Shown here one piece after another: positions 1-9,991 of a stretch of DNA of 64,000 bases; position 1 is the stretch's first letter; each line of letters starts with the position of its first letter. This stretch comes from a virus. The position numbers and the translations under genes were made by a program. The stretch spans positions 356-64,355 of IMG/VR virus record IMGVR_UViG_3300040801_001530. One strand, 5' to 3'. Below the pieces are notes generated by a model that had not been told where the DNA came from, searched no databases, and saw only the letters and a program-made list of their open reading frames with translations.

Positions 1-1
1 A

Positions 2-460
2 TACAATGCTGCCGATGTGCACCTAAACCCCGCTATGGGAGGCGGTTTTGAACTTACGCTAGTAGAGGCGCAAGCGTGCGGGACACCGGTCATTACCACC
101 GACTTTACCGCAATGGCGGAGAATGCGTGGGCGGGGTGGAAGCTAGGCGCTAAAGACCAGCTAGAGTTTTACGACTTAATGTGGTGGCATCCCAATCTGC
201 TATCGTGGCGTATGAACGTCAACCCTAGCAAGATCGTGACTGCATTAGAGTATGCTGTCAGTAACCGCAATGATAATGCAATATTTGAGCTTGCTATTAA
301 TGGCGCTAAGCGATTTGATAAAGATCGCGTTTTAGCGGACTACTGGATGCCGTTACTAAAGCGGATAGAAGATGATATTGCAAAAAGAGCACCAGCGCCA
401 AAAGGCAGCACGGCAACGCCGAAGTTACAACAAGCCAAAGGTGAAGCGCAACAAGCGTAA
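2..460 (+). CDS. Glycosyltransferase family 4 (GT-B), C-terminal part; gene starts before the window
   Basis: Open from nt 2 (YNAADV...); motif GGGFELTLVEAQACGTPVITTD is the GT4 E-X7-E signature. Confidence 0.8.
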   Translation, partial: YNAADVHLNPAMGGGFELTLVEAQACGTPVITTDFTAMAENAWAGWKLGAKDQLEFYDLMWWHPNLLSWRMNVNPSKIVTALEYAVSNRNDNAIFELAINGAKRFDKDRVLADYWMPLLKRIEDDIAKRAPAPKGSTATPKLQQAKGEAQQA

Positions 461-465
461 TATCT

Positions 466-1077
466 ATGACCGATTACTGTACTACCGCCGACGTAAAACT
501 GCAGCTAGGCATACCGCTAGACGACACCACCGACGATGCGCTATTAGCCGGGTATGTAACAAATGCGTCTAGGGATATAGACCATGAATGCGGGCGACAA
601 TTCACGGGCGTTTATGATACTCGAACACGCCACGCCATTTACGATGTCAAGGGGCAGATTCTGTATCTTGACGAAGACTTAGCGGCTATTGAGGCAGTCA
701 TAAATGGTAATGGTGTTACGGTTGCGGGTAGTGATTATGTGACGTTACCCCCTAACACAGTGCCATTCCATGCCCTAGCCCTAAAGTCTAATAGCAGTAT
801 TAGTTGGACGTATAGCGGGGCGGCGGAGGATGCGATCAGTATAACGGGGACGTGGGGCTATACGGCGGGGACTACCCCGCCCCACACCATACGTAATGCG
901 GCTATCCATTTGGCGGCATGGTATTACCACAATAAAGATGCCCCCTTCGCCAATGTTGGCGCGGCAGAGAACGGCCTACAAGGGCCGCCCAATGATATAC
1001 CCGACCACATAGCACGCAAACTTACGCGGTACAAAAAGATGCGTATTACCACCGTAGACAGACGGGCGGGTTACTGA
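466..1077 (+). CDS. Head-tail connector/adaptor (HK97 gp6/SPP1 gp15-like)
   Basis: N-terminus YCTTADVKLQLGI...DDALLAGYVTNASRDID and C-terminal IRNAAIHLAAWYY are typical of adaptors; lies between capsid and tail genes. Confidence 0.7.
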   Translation: MTDYCTTADVKLQLGIPLDDTTDDALLAGYVTNASRDIDHECGRQFTGVYDTRTRHAIYDVKGQILYLDEDLAAIEAVINGNGVTVAGSDYVTLPPNTVPFHALALKSNSSISWTYSGAAEDAISITGTWGYTAGTTPPHTIRNAAIHLAAWYYHNKDAPFANVGAAENGLQGPPNDIPDHIARKLTRYKKMRITTVDRRAGY

Positions 1078-1550
1078 TGTCTTCAACCATTACCGAGATC
1101 AAAGACCGGCTTGGCACAATCCTGGAGAATATTACTAGCACGGAGTCTGGCTTTGTAGCACCACGTATGGTTAAAACTGGTAGCGCTAGACAGCTAGTTA
1201 CCCCCGCGCTACTCATTTTTACAGATAGCGCCAACAATGAGCTAGTGAGCGAAGACGTGATGCAATCCCGGCGTGTTTATCGCGTGCATTTGCTATATAA
1301 AAGCATGGCGCAAGGCACCGAGTTACAGATAGAGCGTGCTTGTGACCCATATTTTAACGCAGTCTGGCGTGCTATCAGCACAAACCCCACCCTAAGCTAT
1401 CCCGACAATACTACCCCTCTGCCGGGCGTTTTTGACGCATTTGTGCGCAGTGACTCAGGGTTTGCCGAGATTATATTCGATGATAAGCCATTTGGCGGCA
1501 TCACCTTTAATATCGAAGTTGCCACGTTGTACGAATTGGAGCGCACGTAA
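1077..1550 (+). CDS. Putative tail terminator/neck protein
   Basis: Size and position just before the major tail protein; translationally coupled. Confidence 0.4.
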   Translation: MSSTITEIKDRLGTILENITSTESGFVAPRMVKTGSARQLVTPALLIFTDSANNELVSEDVMQSRRVYRVHLLYKSMAQGTELQIERACDPYFNAVWRAISTNPTLSYPDNTTPLPGVFDAFVRSDSGFAEIIFDDKPFGGITFNIEVATLYELERT

Positions 1551-1744
1551 TGCGTTTATATATTGTGAAGATTGAATCTTTAGAGTATCCAACATGGGCT
1601 ATAGAGTTATCCGGCGCGGGATACGAGGCCACACTAGGCAACGCAGAGACATACGACGCACCCGCACACATAGAGGCGAAGGCTTTAGAATTAGTAAATC
1701 TGATTAAGGAGTGGAGTAATGGCAACAGCACAGAAGATTGCTAG
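1550..1744 (+). CDS. Hypothetical protein
   Basis: TAATG coupling inside the structural operon. Confidence 0.45.
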   Translation: MRLYIVKIESLEYPTWAIELSGAGYEATLGNAETYDAPAHIEAKALELVNLIKEWSNGNSTEDC

Positions 1745-2558
1745 TGCTAGCGGTTTACGCCGCGTTCAAGCGTACCGTCTAGACACTAATAACTTGCCGA
1801 TAGATGACACAACCGGTACCACGGGCTATAGCGGCAACCGTATTACAGGTGTAAACAGCTACACGCCTACCATACCAGACCCACAGCCTATTGTACACGT
1901 TGGCGATGATAGACCCTATGCGCAAGACCATTTGCCAGCTACAGGTATGCCCACCGCTACTATTACAAGTAGTAAGACAAACTTAGAGCTTGATGCCGAA
2001 TTTAGTAATACAAAAGTGCGGACATTGGGCGAGGCACAAATATTAAGCGAATTTACCAACAAACTAGGCAATGAACGCGATCAGGGTCTTATTGTTTATC
2101 GTCAAGCCCTTAACACCGATCCCTCTAGCAGTACATTTGGAGCGCGCCATTGGGTACACTATATCTATACAAAAACCCGTGTGGTGCCTAAAGGCGGTAG
2201 CGCAGACCAGGGGGCCGCTGATCCCAACGAGTATAATGTTATTCCTACAAAAACCACAAAAGCGTTATGGGGCCAGGCGCTTACTGAGACTGATGATGGG
2301 GCAACGGAACATGTATTCCAACGCCTTATTAGTGAATATCCAACCATGTTAGAGGGGTACCAATTTACCGCCACAGGTAGCGTATTGGCCACAAACTGGA
2401 CACCAGTTAGTACCGCCAAAACAGTTGTATTCCAGGATGGCACTGCATTAACTGTTAGCGCGGTGGATACAAGCGGCAAAACGATAACGCTCGATAGCAA
2501 CGCTGGTACTAGTACGCCAGTAATCGCGCTATATGAGACTAGTGATAGCATAGGCTAA
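1719..2558 (+). CDS. Putative major tail (tube) protein
   Basis: 279 aa, Thr/Ser-rich, RBS AAGGAG, directly upstream of the chaperone-frameshift-tape measure genes. Confidence 0.6.
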   Translation: MATAQKIASASGLRRVQAYRLDTNNLPIDDTTGTTGYSGNRITGVNSYTPTIPDPQPIVHVGDDRPYAQDHLPATGMPTATITSSKTNLELDAEFSNTKVRTLGEAQILSEFTNKLGNERDQGLIVYRQALNTDPSSSTFGARHWVHYIYTKTRVVPKGGSADQGAADPNEYNVIPTKTTKALWGQALTETDDGATEHVFQRLISEYPTMLEGYQFTATGSVLATNWTPVSTAKTVVFQDGTALTVSAVDTSGKTITLDSNAGTSTPVIALYETSDSIG

Positions 2559-2562
2559 TTAT

Positions 2563-3021
2563 ATGACGTGGCATCTAGAGTACCGTAGCGCTACCCATGC
2601 ATATCGGATTCGTGTGGGTAGCTTGACCAATGCGCAGGGCATAGCGCTAGATGCGCTTAGCACCGAGATTAGCAACCGTGCCGAGTTCGCAAACATAAAA
2701 GGCAATTTAGCGCTAGCGCTTAAACTCAACAACGTCGGGCGTTATCCTGCTATCAAATATGGCACGCAGATGCTTGAGATTGCACCCATACAGCCTAGCC
2801 CCGACGGTGACGACACAACACTAGGGGCCTGGCGCACGGTAGAAGTTAGCAAGGCCGATGGGCTAGCGCTTACTGAACAAGAGTTCTGGGATTTAGACGA
2901 AGCGTTAACTATGACATGGTATCGGGCGATTATGGAGGCTAACCCCCACCGTAACTTAGCACCGGATGCTATAAAAAAATTCCTGCGGCAAGTCGCAATG
3001 CCTACCAGCAACAATACATAG
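2563..3021 (+). CDS. Tail assembly chaperone (G-like)
   Basis: Between tail tube and tape measure genes; slippery A-AAA-AAA at 2973-2979. Confidence 0.65.
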   Translation: MTWHLEYRSATHAYRIRVGSLTNAQGIALDALSTEISNRAEFANIKGNLALALKLNNVGRYPAIKYGTQMLEIAPIQPSPDGDDTTLGAWRTVEVSKADGLALTEQEFWDLDEALTMTWYRAIMEANPHRNLAPDAIKKFLRQVAMPTSNNT

Positions 3022-3368
3022 ACGCCTATGAGGTGCGCCAACAATCTCGGTATATGGCGCTCTTACGCTGGCTTGCCAACCGCGCACAAAGAGACAGCGC
3101 CGAGGATGCAAAATACGACTTAGACCAAATGCCCTTACCGCACGGCACCGAGGCGGATTTTTTACGCGCCAAGTCTATGTATGCGCTAATGAAGTCGTTA
3201 GATTGGCAGTATCTACCTAATAGTGGCGGCCTATTAGAGCAAGACGAATTATTAATGCATAATATACTACTAATAAATGATTGGGAGCATACATTTAGGG
3301 CACAAGACGAAGCCAATAAAGCGCTCGGCGAGAGCGGATTAATAGAGAGTATGAGCGATGGCAACTAA
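2979..3368 (+). CDS. Tail assembly chaperone -1 frameshift extension (GT-like)
   Basis: The -1 frame is open from 2979 through the 3033..3368 ORF; lambda G/GT arrangement. Confidence 0.6.
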   Translation: MPAASRNAYQQQYIDAYEVRQQSRYMALLRWLANRAQRDSAEDAKYDLDQMPLPHGTEADFLRAKSMYALMKSLDWQYLPNSGGLLEQDELLMHNILLINDWEHTFRAQDEANKALGESGLIESMSDGN

Positions 3369-5754
3369 TATAGAGACACGGGCCGTGCTCAAATTTGCCG
3401 TTGACCGTGCGATGCTAAATAAGGCCATCCGGGCAAATAGCGACTTAGAGCAGTCTATTGTTGATATTCGTGAAGCAGCGGATCGCCAAGCACAGGCCGC
3501 ACAAGCTACGCTAGATGTTATGGAGAAGGTAGCGACTATTGGCACTAGTATTTTTAATGCTAGCGCCCAAGCGGCTGAGCAGTATGCACAAAGTGCCGAG
3601 GCCGCTACAGCTACTAGCGAGCGCTGGCTATCAACCAACCAACGCATAGCAGATGCGCAAACGGTATTAGCCGAGAAGCAGGCAAATGCCCTATTACCTT
3701 ATCGTGATGCATTAGCCTCTGTGCTAGAACTTACCTCCGAATTACCAGACGAGGTAATTACCTTTGGTGTTAATGCCGGGGCTGTATTATCCGCTATTGG
3801 GACGGTTGGTACTATCGGTGCACAAATTACGCGCTTTGCATCTGAGGTTCGCATACTGGGCACCTATGTGCAGACATTAGGTCTACAGCAAGGTGCTACA
3901 CGTGCTGCTGTTGGCGTGGGCGCTATAGGTGTTGGCACTGTGGCGGGTATCGGGGCCGTGCAGGCAATTGGGCGTGCTACGGGGGATGAGCGATTAGCAC
4001 AATACGGGTTTGATGATTTATTTGAGACGTTACGCGATAGCCTCGGCGCTATTGGGGCGCTATTTATTAGAGCCGCACGCGACTGGGCTAAGATACTAGT
4101 AGATACAAATAGCATTATGGCACTACTAGCTATCAAAGTTGAGGAGGCAGGCGACTCGTTTGTGCGTGCTATCATGCGTGCATATTATAGCATTCTAGAG
4201 GGTATAGGCAGCCTTAGTGCCGACACCGGCCTAGGCGTAAAGATTGATCTAGGTGACATACTAGGTATTGATGTTGAAGAAGCACGGCAGCGTATTGATG
4301 AATTAACTGAGAGCACTAAGGATTACGGCGCGGCGGCTGAAGAAGTTGGTAAGCGCAATGAAGAATTAAAGGCCCGGATTGATGCTAATACTATGGGTCT
4401 GACCGAAGGGCTTTTAGACCTACTTGGCATCACAGAACGTGAGGCCAGGCGCATTGCGGCGGATTTAGAAGCCGACTTTGAACAAAAATATGATGTTGCG
4501 CGGGCGGTCTACAATTATCTAGAGGCGTCCGATAAGGCTATTATGGCTTTTAATGATAGCCAACTAGAGGCTACCAAAGAACACCACAGCGAACTAGAGA
4601 ACCTAGCCGAAGAATACCATACTAGCCAAGAAGAAGCCTTAGCGGAGCATAATACTAGCCTGCAAGAACTAGCAGCGGAGTACCAACAGGCGCGGCAAGA
4701 TAATGAGGCAGCACATAATAAAAAACTAGCGGGCTTGCGTGATAACTATGAAGATGCTACCACTAAAGCCGCAGCCGAGTTTAATAAGAGCCGCCAAAAG
4801 GTTATAGATGACTATAACGCTGCGGAACTAAAGCGCATAGAGGAGTTTAATCGCGCTAGAGAACGTGCCGACGCAGACCACCGTGATCGCTTACGTGACG
4901 CGGCTGGTCGCCTAGACGCTATAGCCGTGCTCAATGAGCTACGCTCATACAAAAAAGACCAGTCTCGCGCTAAAGAAGACTTTGACAACACTACCAAAGA
5001 GCGGCGCAACGCGCGACAAGAACAGTTAAAAGACTTACAGGCCAGCTACGTAGAGCAAAAACAAGCGCGTGATAATCAATACAAAGAGGCACTGGCAGAC
5101 CAGCGGCAAGCCTACAGTGAGCAACAAGCGGCTACTACACAGGCATATAATGCGCAAGTCGCCACGCAAAAACAAGCATATAATGAGATGAGAACAGCAC
5201 AAGACATCGCCTATCACGAGGAGTTAAATAGCCTCAAAACGCAATTTAACGAACGTCAACAGGCGCAAGAACGCCAATTCAGGCAGGAGCTTGAACTACA
5301 AGATCAGGCGTTCCAAGAACGTCTAAAAGCTATGATGGGCTTTGAGGATGAGACAACCGCATTTTTAAGGCGCAACCTAGATGGGTATAACGATTTTGCA
5401 CAAGCCATTATCGATAATATCATGTTAATAGAGGCAGAACGCTCTAAGCTCGCGCCTGAGATTGTGTACACGCCTAGCACTACACCAAGCCGCGCTAGCG
5501 GCGGTTATTTAAATGCGGGGATGTTTAAGGGGCACCCTAATGAGTATGTGCTTAACCGGCAAACCACAGGCGTTTTAGAGCGCCTAACCGGCGGGATCCT
5601 CACACAACAAAGCGTGCAAAACATCGCTAATAATAGCCGCAGCGTTACGGTGGGCGCATTAAATATTAATGGTGACATCGGCGGCTATACACCGCAACAA
5701 ATCAAGGTGCTAGCGCAACAGGGGCTAGTAGAGTTGTTGGGGGAGATGGGATAA
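3358..5754 (+). CDS. Tape measure protein
   Basis: 798 aa, Ala/Gly-rich hydrophobic middle, long Gln/Glu/Ala coiled coil, canonical position. Confidence 0.8.
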   Translation: MATNIETRAVLKFAVDRAMLNKAIRANSDLEQSIVDIREAADRQAQAAQATLDVMEKVATIGTSIFNASAQAAEQYAQSAEAATATSERWLSTNQRIADAQTVLAEKQANALLPYRDALASVLELTSELPDEVITFGVNAGAVLSAIGTVGTIGAQITRFASEVRILGTYVQTLGLQQGATRAAVGVGAIGVGTVAGIGAVQAIGRATGDERLAQYGFDDLFETLRDSLGAIGALFIRAARDWAKILVDTNSIMALLAIKVEEAGDSFVRAIMRAYYSILEGIGSLSADTGLGVKIDLGDILGIDVEEARQRIDELTESTKDYGAAAEEVGKRNEELKARIDANTMGLTEGLLDLLGITEREARRIAADLEADFEQKYDVARAVYNYLEASDKAIMAFNDSQLEATKEHHSELENLAEEYHTSQEEALAEHNTSLQELAAEYQQARQDNEAAHNKKLAGLRDNYEDATTKAAAEFNKSRQKVIDDYNAAELKRIEEFNRARERADADHRDRLRDAAGRLDAIAVLNELRSYKKDQSRAKEDFDNTTKERRNARQEQLKDLQASYVEQKQARDNQYKEALADQRQAYSEQQAATTQAYNAQVATQKQAYNEMRTAQDIAYHEELNSLKTQFNERQQAQERQFRQELELQDQAFQERLKAMMGFEDETTAFLRRNLDGYNDFAQAIIDNIMLIEAERSKLAPEIVYTPSTTPSRASGGYLNAGMFKGHPNEYVLNRQTTGVLERLTGGILTQQSVQNIANNSRSVTVGALNINGDIGGYTPQQIKVLAQQGLVELLGEMG

Positions 5755-6140
5755 TGAGCACCTATCAATTTGCGGCGGGCTATGATAATGCTGGTAGCCT
5801 GGTTAAAGTATCGATACAACCCAACAGCCCCGGCGTTTTTGCTGGTATCCGACGCACAGCCGGTAACGGTCTAGTATATGAAGATGGTTTTTTAAATAGT
5901 GTTTGGAATTTTGGCTTTTTGCGTGCAAGCGGCAGACAGGTTTATAGCGATTTACTGACGGAGCTAGGGTTGGATAGCGCGGTATCGGTTGAGTGTACTA
6001 TTAAGATGCCAAACAACGTGCGCGTATTTACAAATTATAATGCGGTACTAATAAGGCCGGATGTCGGGCGTGCTATTGATTGGACATTAGGCGCACTTAT
6101 TAATGTGCAATTTGAGCTTATCCGTATGAGTGCATTATGA
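5754..6140 (+). CDS. Putative distal tail (Dit-like) protein
   Basis: 128 aa immediately after the tape measure gene. Confidence 0.4.
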   Translation: MSTYQFAAGYDNAGSLVKVSIQPNSPGVFAGIRRTAGNGLVYEDGFLNSVWNFGFLRASGRQVYSDLLTELGLDSAVSVECTIKMPNNVRVFTNYNAVLIRPDVGRAIDWTLGALINVQFELIRMSAL

Positions 6141-9100
6141 GCCTTGATACTACCAAATGGCGTACCCATCCCCAACGTGCAAACGGCTACCTATATATCC
6201 ATAAGCCCGATGTTGTTTGGGAGACTACGATAGACCAAACAACATTTAGTTATCCGATTGTATCTATAGCACATAGTGGCACTATATCCGGCGACCGTTC
6301 TAACGCCGGTGCCGATCAGACTATCAAGGTATCTTCTAGTGGTGGAATATTTAAGGGCTATATTAGGGCACGTTTTGCGCCTAATGCTAGTACGGTCTCA
6401 ATTAATGCCACAAGTCAAGCGGATATAGACTTTGCTAACGGTGATGTGTTAGAGTTTTTAAGCGAGTATCGCTTGTGGACGCGGATCCCACGTATTGAAG
6501 ACGACGGGACTATTAAAAAAGACTACACTATTACTTATCCCGGTTATACTAGCGAACCGCCACCGGTGCCAAATGCGGGCGGCTACTATGCACAATTCGT
6601 GGATGGTAGCGGTAAAATTACAGTAGACTTTGACGCTTCTAGCTCATTCACCATGACTGGTAACAGTATTAGCTATTTTTGGGATTTTGAGGATGGGACG
6701 CCCGGCACATCGAATAGCGCAACGGTTAATGGGGTATCATTCCCTGCGGGGGCGCGGTGGGTACGGTTACAGGTTGAAGATCTAGGTAGTGGGCGGTCTA
6801 TTAATGCACGTACGCTAGTTGTGGGCATAGACAACAGCACAGTTAGCGCGATACCCGCGCAATTATTGAGCCACACACAAACAGTAGCCGATGGCAATAA
6901 TGTGCAGTTTGGCGTTGCCAGCGGGGACATAGGGCGTATCACAGACATACCCGACGGTGCCATCGTAATCTATTTTGAGGATGAGCATTACGGGGAGAAT
7001 AATGAGAGTTTGACGGGTGAGTCTGGCCGAGAACATGTAAAATTTATCGGCTACATAGACGCTGTTAAAACGGGTATACAGGCTAATCAGGCTGAAGATG
7101 TGATATTGGAGTGCATCGGGCCGTTAGGCGCTTTAAAACGTCTGCCAGCGTACCCACAGGTGTTAGAGTATGTAGATACCTCCACTAGCTGGCTAGAGTA
7201 TGATATAGCGCTAAATTGGTGGTTATTCACACATTACCTACTGTATTGGCATAGCACATTTATTAATATATTTGACATAGAGCGTCCTAGCCATTATAAC
7301 CAATACCCTGTCGTGCGCCTTGAGAGTGTTGGTGGCACGCTCTATGACCAGATGCAAGACATAGCTAAGGCGGTTGGTGGCAATGTTACGGCAAACCGCA
7401 ATGGGCGCTTATTGTTCCGCAAGTGGCCTGTTATGCTATCTAGTGCAGACCGTGCTGCTTTAACACCATCTGTACAGCTAACAACTGATGATTGGTTTGG
7501 GCAAATCGCTATTAATGAGCGACATAGTAATAAGACAGGTTGGCTGCGCTCTAGTGCTATTGTGGCAAGCAATACCGCTATAGTACCGGTTCTAGCTATC
7601 GCGCCGGGTGCTGCGCCGGGACAAGGCCGAGATCAACAGACTTTGACACGTCAATTGGTAGCAAGTCAGGCGGAGCTTAACCAGCGTACAGGCGCTTATT
7701 ACGCTTATCTAAACCGCAACATACAAAACCTGCGCGTTAATGTACTGAACAGGGGCAACGTAGCCGATGCGGCAAATCAAGACTTTATACAACTATTTGC
7801 TGACAGTGCAAGCAATCGGCGCGGCTTGCAGTTTGGCTCATCTGATTACTTTGTGGTTACGCAAGTCGATATTAGCCAAGACCCGCTAACGGGTGTTGGT
7901 GCCGAGGTTTGGACATTAGAGCCGATACCCGCTTATGTGGATGGGGTGACCATTGACATACCCAGCGACGGTACAGACTATAATAGCCAACCCCCCCCAT
8001 CATGGGTTCCTATCCCGTTTGAGGATGTCGCAGAACCAGATTTTGTAGACGACGATATACCTACTGGTACCACAGGCATAGCATTAGCCTGGAACAATCC
8101 GCTAGCCTACACGGCAACGCGGGAGGCACCGGGGTGGTCAAGCATTTGGGCACCGGGCACAGGATTCGATGCCGTACGGTCTGTAGTAGGGGATGAATAT
8201 ACTAGTTTTTATCAGACAGGCGCGGGTGCAGCAGGTGCCTATGGCCTAACAGGAACAAATTTATACTATTGCCCAGATGTTACCGCAGGAAGCCCCGCAT
8301 TTACAAATAAACAAGCATTACTGAGTTACAATCTGCTACGCTTACCACGCGGGGTAAACGGTGGCATCATGGCATATGGTGGTGGCACCTCGTTTATTAT
8401 TAGTAATACATTCGATTTAGTGGACGAGTGGTCTTTTAACAGCACGACGGCGGCGGAGACTGATGGTAGTTTTGCCACAGACGCTAATAAGTCGTATCGT
8501 GTAAAGGTGCGAGGTGACTGGCTATATGATAGCCCTAGCCGTGCAGATGGTCAATATAACAGCCTATTAGGCGATTTTACAGACGCATCACGCAGTAATA
8601 ACATTAGCATTAATTCAACAGCCAATGCGGCTGATAACACAACCTATAATGCAGCCGAGGAAGAATTTATATACTACATTAAAAATTCTGCGGGCAACTG
8701 GACAGAAGTTAATATACTGCAAGGCGTAGACAGTGGTGATTATTACGTAAAGAGTGACAAAACACAAGCCACTATTGAGATTATCATTTTTTTAATGAAG
8801 GAGAGCACGGTCAGGGAAGTTGCGTTTGATTATTGGTTTGATAACCCGGCGAGCCTACTATGTGCCACTGGTATTAACTACCAAATCAATAACCAGACCG
8901 TAGCTGGAGCCAATATATCACGATGGGCGAACGAGGATATTAATATATGCTCCCTCGATGAGAATGAGTGGTATAGTGTTACAGAAGCAGACACAGGGCC
9001 TGATACTAATGTTGGCCGTGTGCGCTTATATATTGCTCTTAAAGCACCTACCACATCTAGTGGGGCTATACGGCTTAAAAATATCAGTATAACAACCGAT

Positions 9101-9991
9101 ACCGATACGCATGTTTATGAGTGGACACGGAGCGGTAATGGCGATGTGTTTGGGGTTGGTGTTGTAGACGCGACTACATATGTTGATAATGTCGGTTATG
9201 GATACGTGGAGCTTTATGAGATAACCTCGACACTATTTGAGGCTGGTAATTTATTAGCATATAGTAGTGATCGCGGGGATACCATCGGCACACAAAAGTT
9301 CGGCAGTGGGCTAACATCAACCGGCGGGATGGATTGCGACGATTTTAACCTCGGCATAGCGGCGTGTGTAGGCGGTACGGCAGGTATAACCACCCTTTAC
9401 TATACAACTAGCTATGATGGTAGCGTACTACCTATAAGTGGTGTGCAGCCAAGCGGCTTATTAGGTACTAGCGAGTATAATCTAGTACGTATACCTTACC
9501 GCATATTTAATGGTAAGACCCGCAATGATGACCCTCTAGCGCTAAATATCTTGTGGGGCGCTAACGCGGCCGTGCTTGATGAGACACTATGGTATGGTAG
9601 GTTAAATACCGCGTCGGGTACCATGTCCAATATAACCGCTATCACCCCCGCTATAGGCACGGTTACTTATCGTGTTGCGGATGGCAACAGCGAACAAGCT
9701 GAAGTCAATGGATTTAGCCCTGCTGTAATGGCTGGCATGTTCACCCCCGTTAATGGAAGCGGTAATTACCTGCTAACCACAACCGACACGGGGCAAAACT
9801 GGACAAGTCACGGCACCTATGACTATAACTTTTTGAGGTGGGGCGCGTCGGGCAATAAAACGTTTTGGTTAGCTGGTAGCGCGGGGTTGGGCTATAGCCC
9901 CGATCGCGGGGTAACGGTAGAGGATAGGACAGGCGATTATATAAGCGTGGGCACGCCTTCGGCGGCACGGGGGGTATTTACCATTGGCTGA
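6137..9991 (+). CDS. Large tail tip/baseplate hub protein with PKD-like and beta-propeller-like segments
   Basis: 1284 aa; SISYFWDFEDG (PKD-like); Asp-box-like AYSSDRGDT and TTTDTGQNW; position after Dit. Confidence 0.6.
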   Translation: MSLDTTKWRTHPQRANGYLYIHKPDVVWETTIDQTTFSYPIVSIAHSGTISGDRSNAGADQTIKVSSSGGIFKGYIRARFAPNASTVSINATSQADIDFANGDVLEFLSEYRLWTRIPRIEDDGTIKKDYTITYPGYTSEPPPVPNAGGYYAQFVDGSGKITVDFDASSSFTMTGNSISYFWDFEDGTPGTSNSATVNGVSFPAGARWVRLQVEDLGSGRSINARTLVVGIDNSTVSAIPAQLLSHTQTVADGNNVQFGVASGDIGRITDIPDGAIVIYFEDEHYGENNESLTGESGREHVKFIGYIDAVKTGIQANQAEDVILECIGPLGALKRLPAYPQVLEYVDTSTSWLEYDIALNWWLFTHYLLYWHSTFINIFDIERPSHYNQYPVVRLESVGGTLYDQMQDIAKAVGGNVTANRNGRLLFRKWPVMLSSADRAALTPSVQLTTDDWFGQIAINERHSNKTGWLRSSAIVASNTAIVPVLAIAPGAAPGQGRDQQTLTRQLVASQAELNQRTGAYYAYLNRNIQNLRVNVLNRGNVADAANQDFIQLFADSASNRRGLQFGSSDYFVVTQVDISQDPLTGVGAEVWTLEPIPAYVDGVTIDIPSDGTDYNSQPPPSWVPIPFEDVAEPDFVDDDIPTGTTGIALAWNNPLAYTATREAPGWSSIWAPGTGFDAVRSVVGDEYTSFYQTGAGAAGAYGLTGTNLYYCPDVTAGSPAFTNKQALLSYNLLRLPRGVNGGIMAYGGGTSFIISNTFDLVDEWSFNSTTAAETDGSFATDANKSYRVKVRGDWLYDSPSRADGQYNSLLGDFTDASRSNNISINSTANAADNTTYNAAEEEFIYYIKNSAGNWTEVNILQGVDSGDYYVKSDKTQATIEIIIFLMKESTVREVAFDYWFDNPASLLCATGINYQINNQTVAGANISRWANEDINICSLDENEWYSVTEADTGPDTNVGRVRLYIALKAPTTSSGAIRLKNISITTDTDTHVYEWTRSGNGDVFGVGVVDATTYVDNVGYGYVELYEITSTLFEAGNLLAYSSDRGDTIGTQKFGSGLTSTGGMDCDDFNLGIAACVGGTAGITTLYYTTSYDGSVLPISGVQPSGLLGTSEYNLVRIPYRIFNGKTRNDDPLALNILWGANAAVLDETLWYGRLNTASGTMSNITAITPAIGTVTYRVADGNSEQAEVNGFSPAVMAGMFTPVNGSGNYLLTTTDTGQNWTSHGTYDYNFLRWGASGNKTFWLAGSAGLGYSPDRGVTVEDRTGDYISVGTPSAARGVFTIG

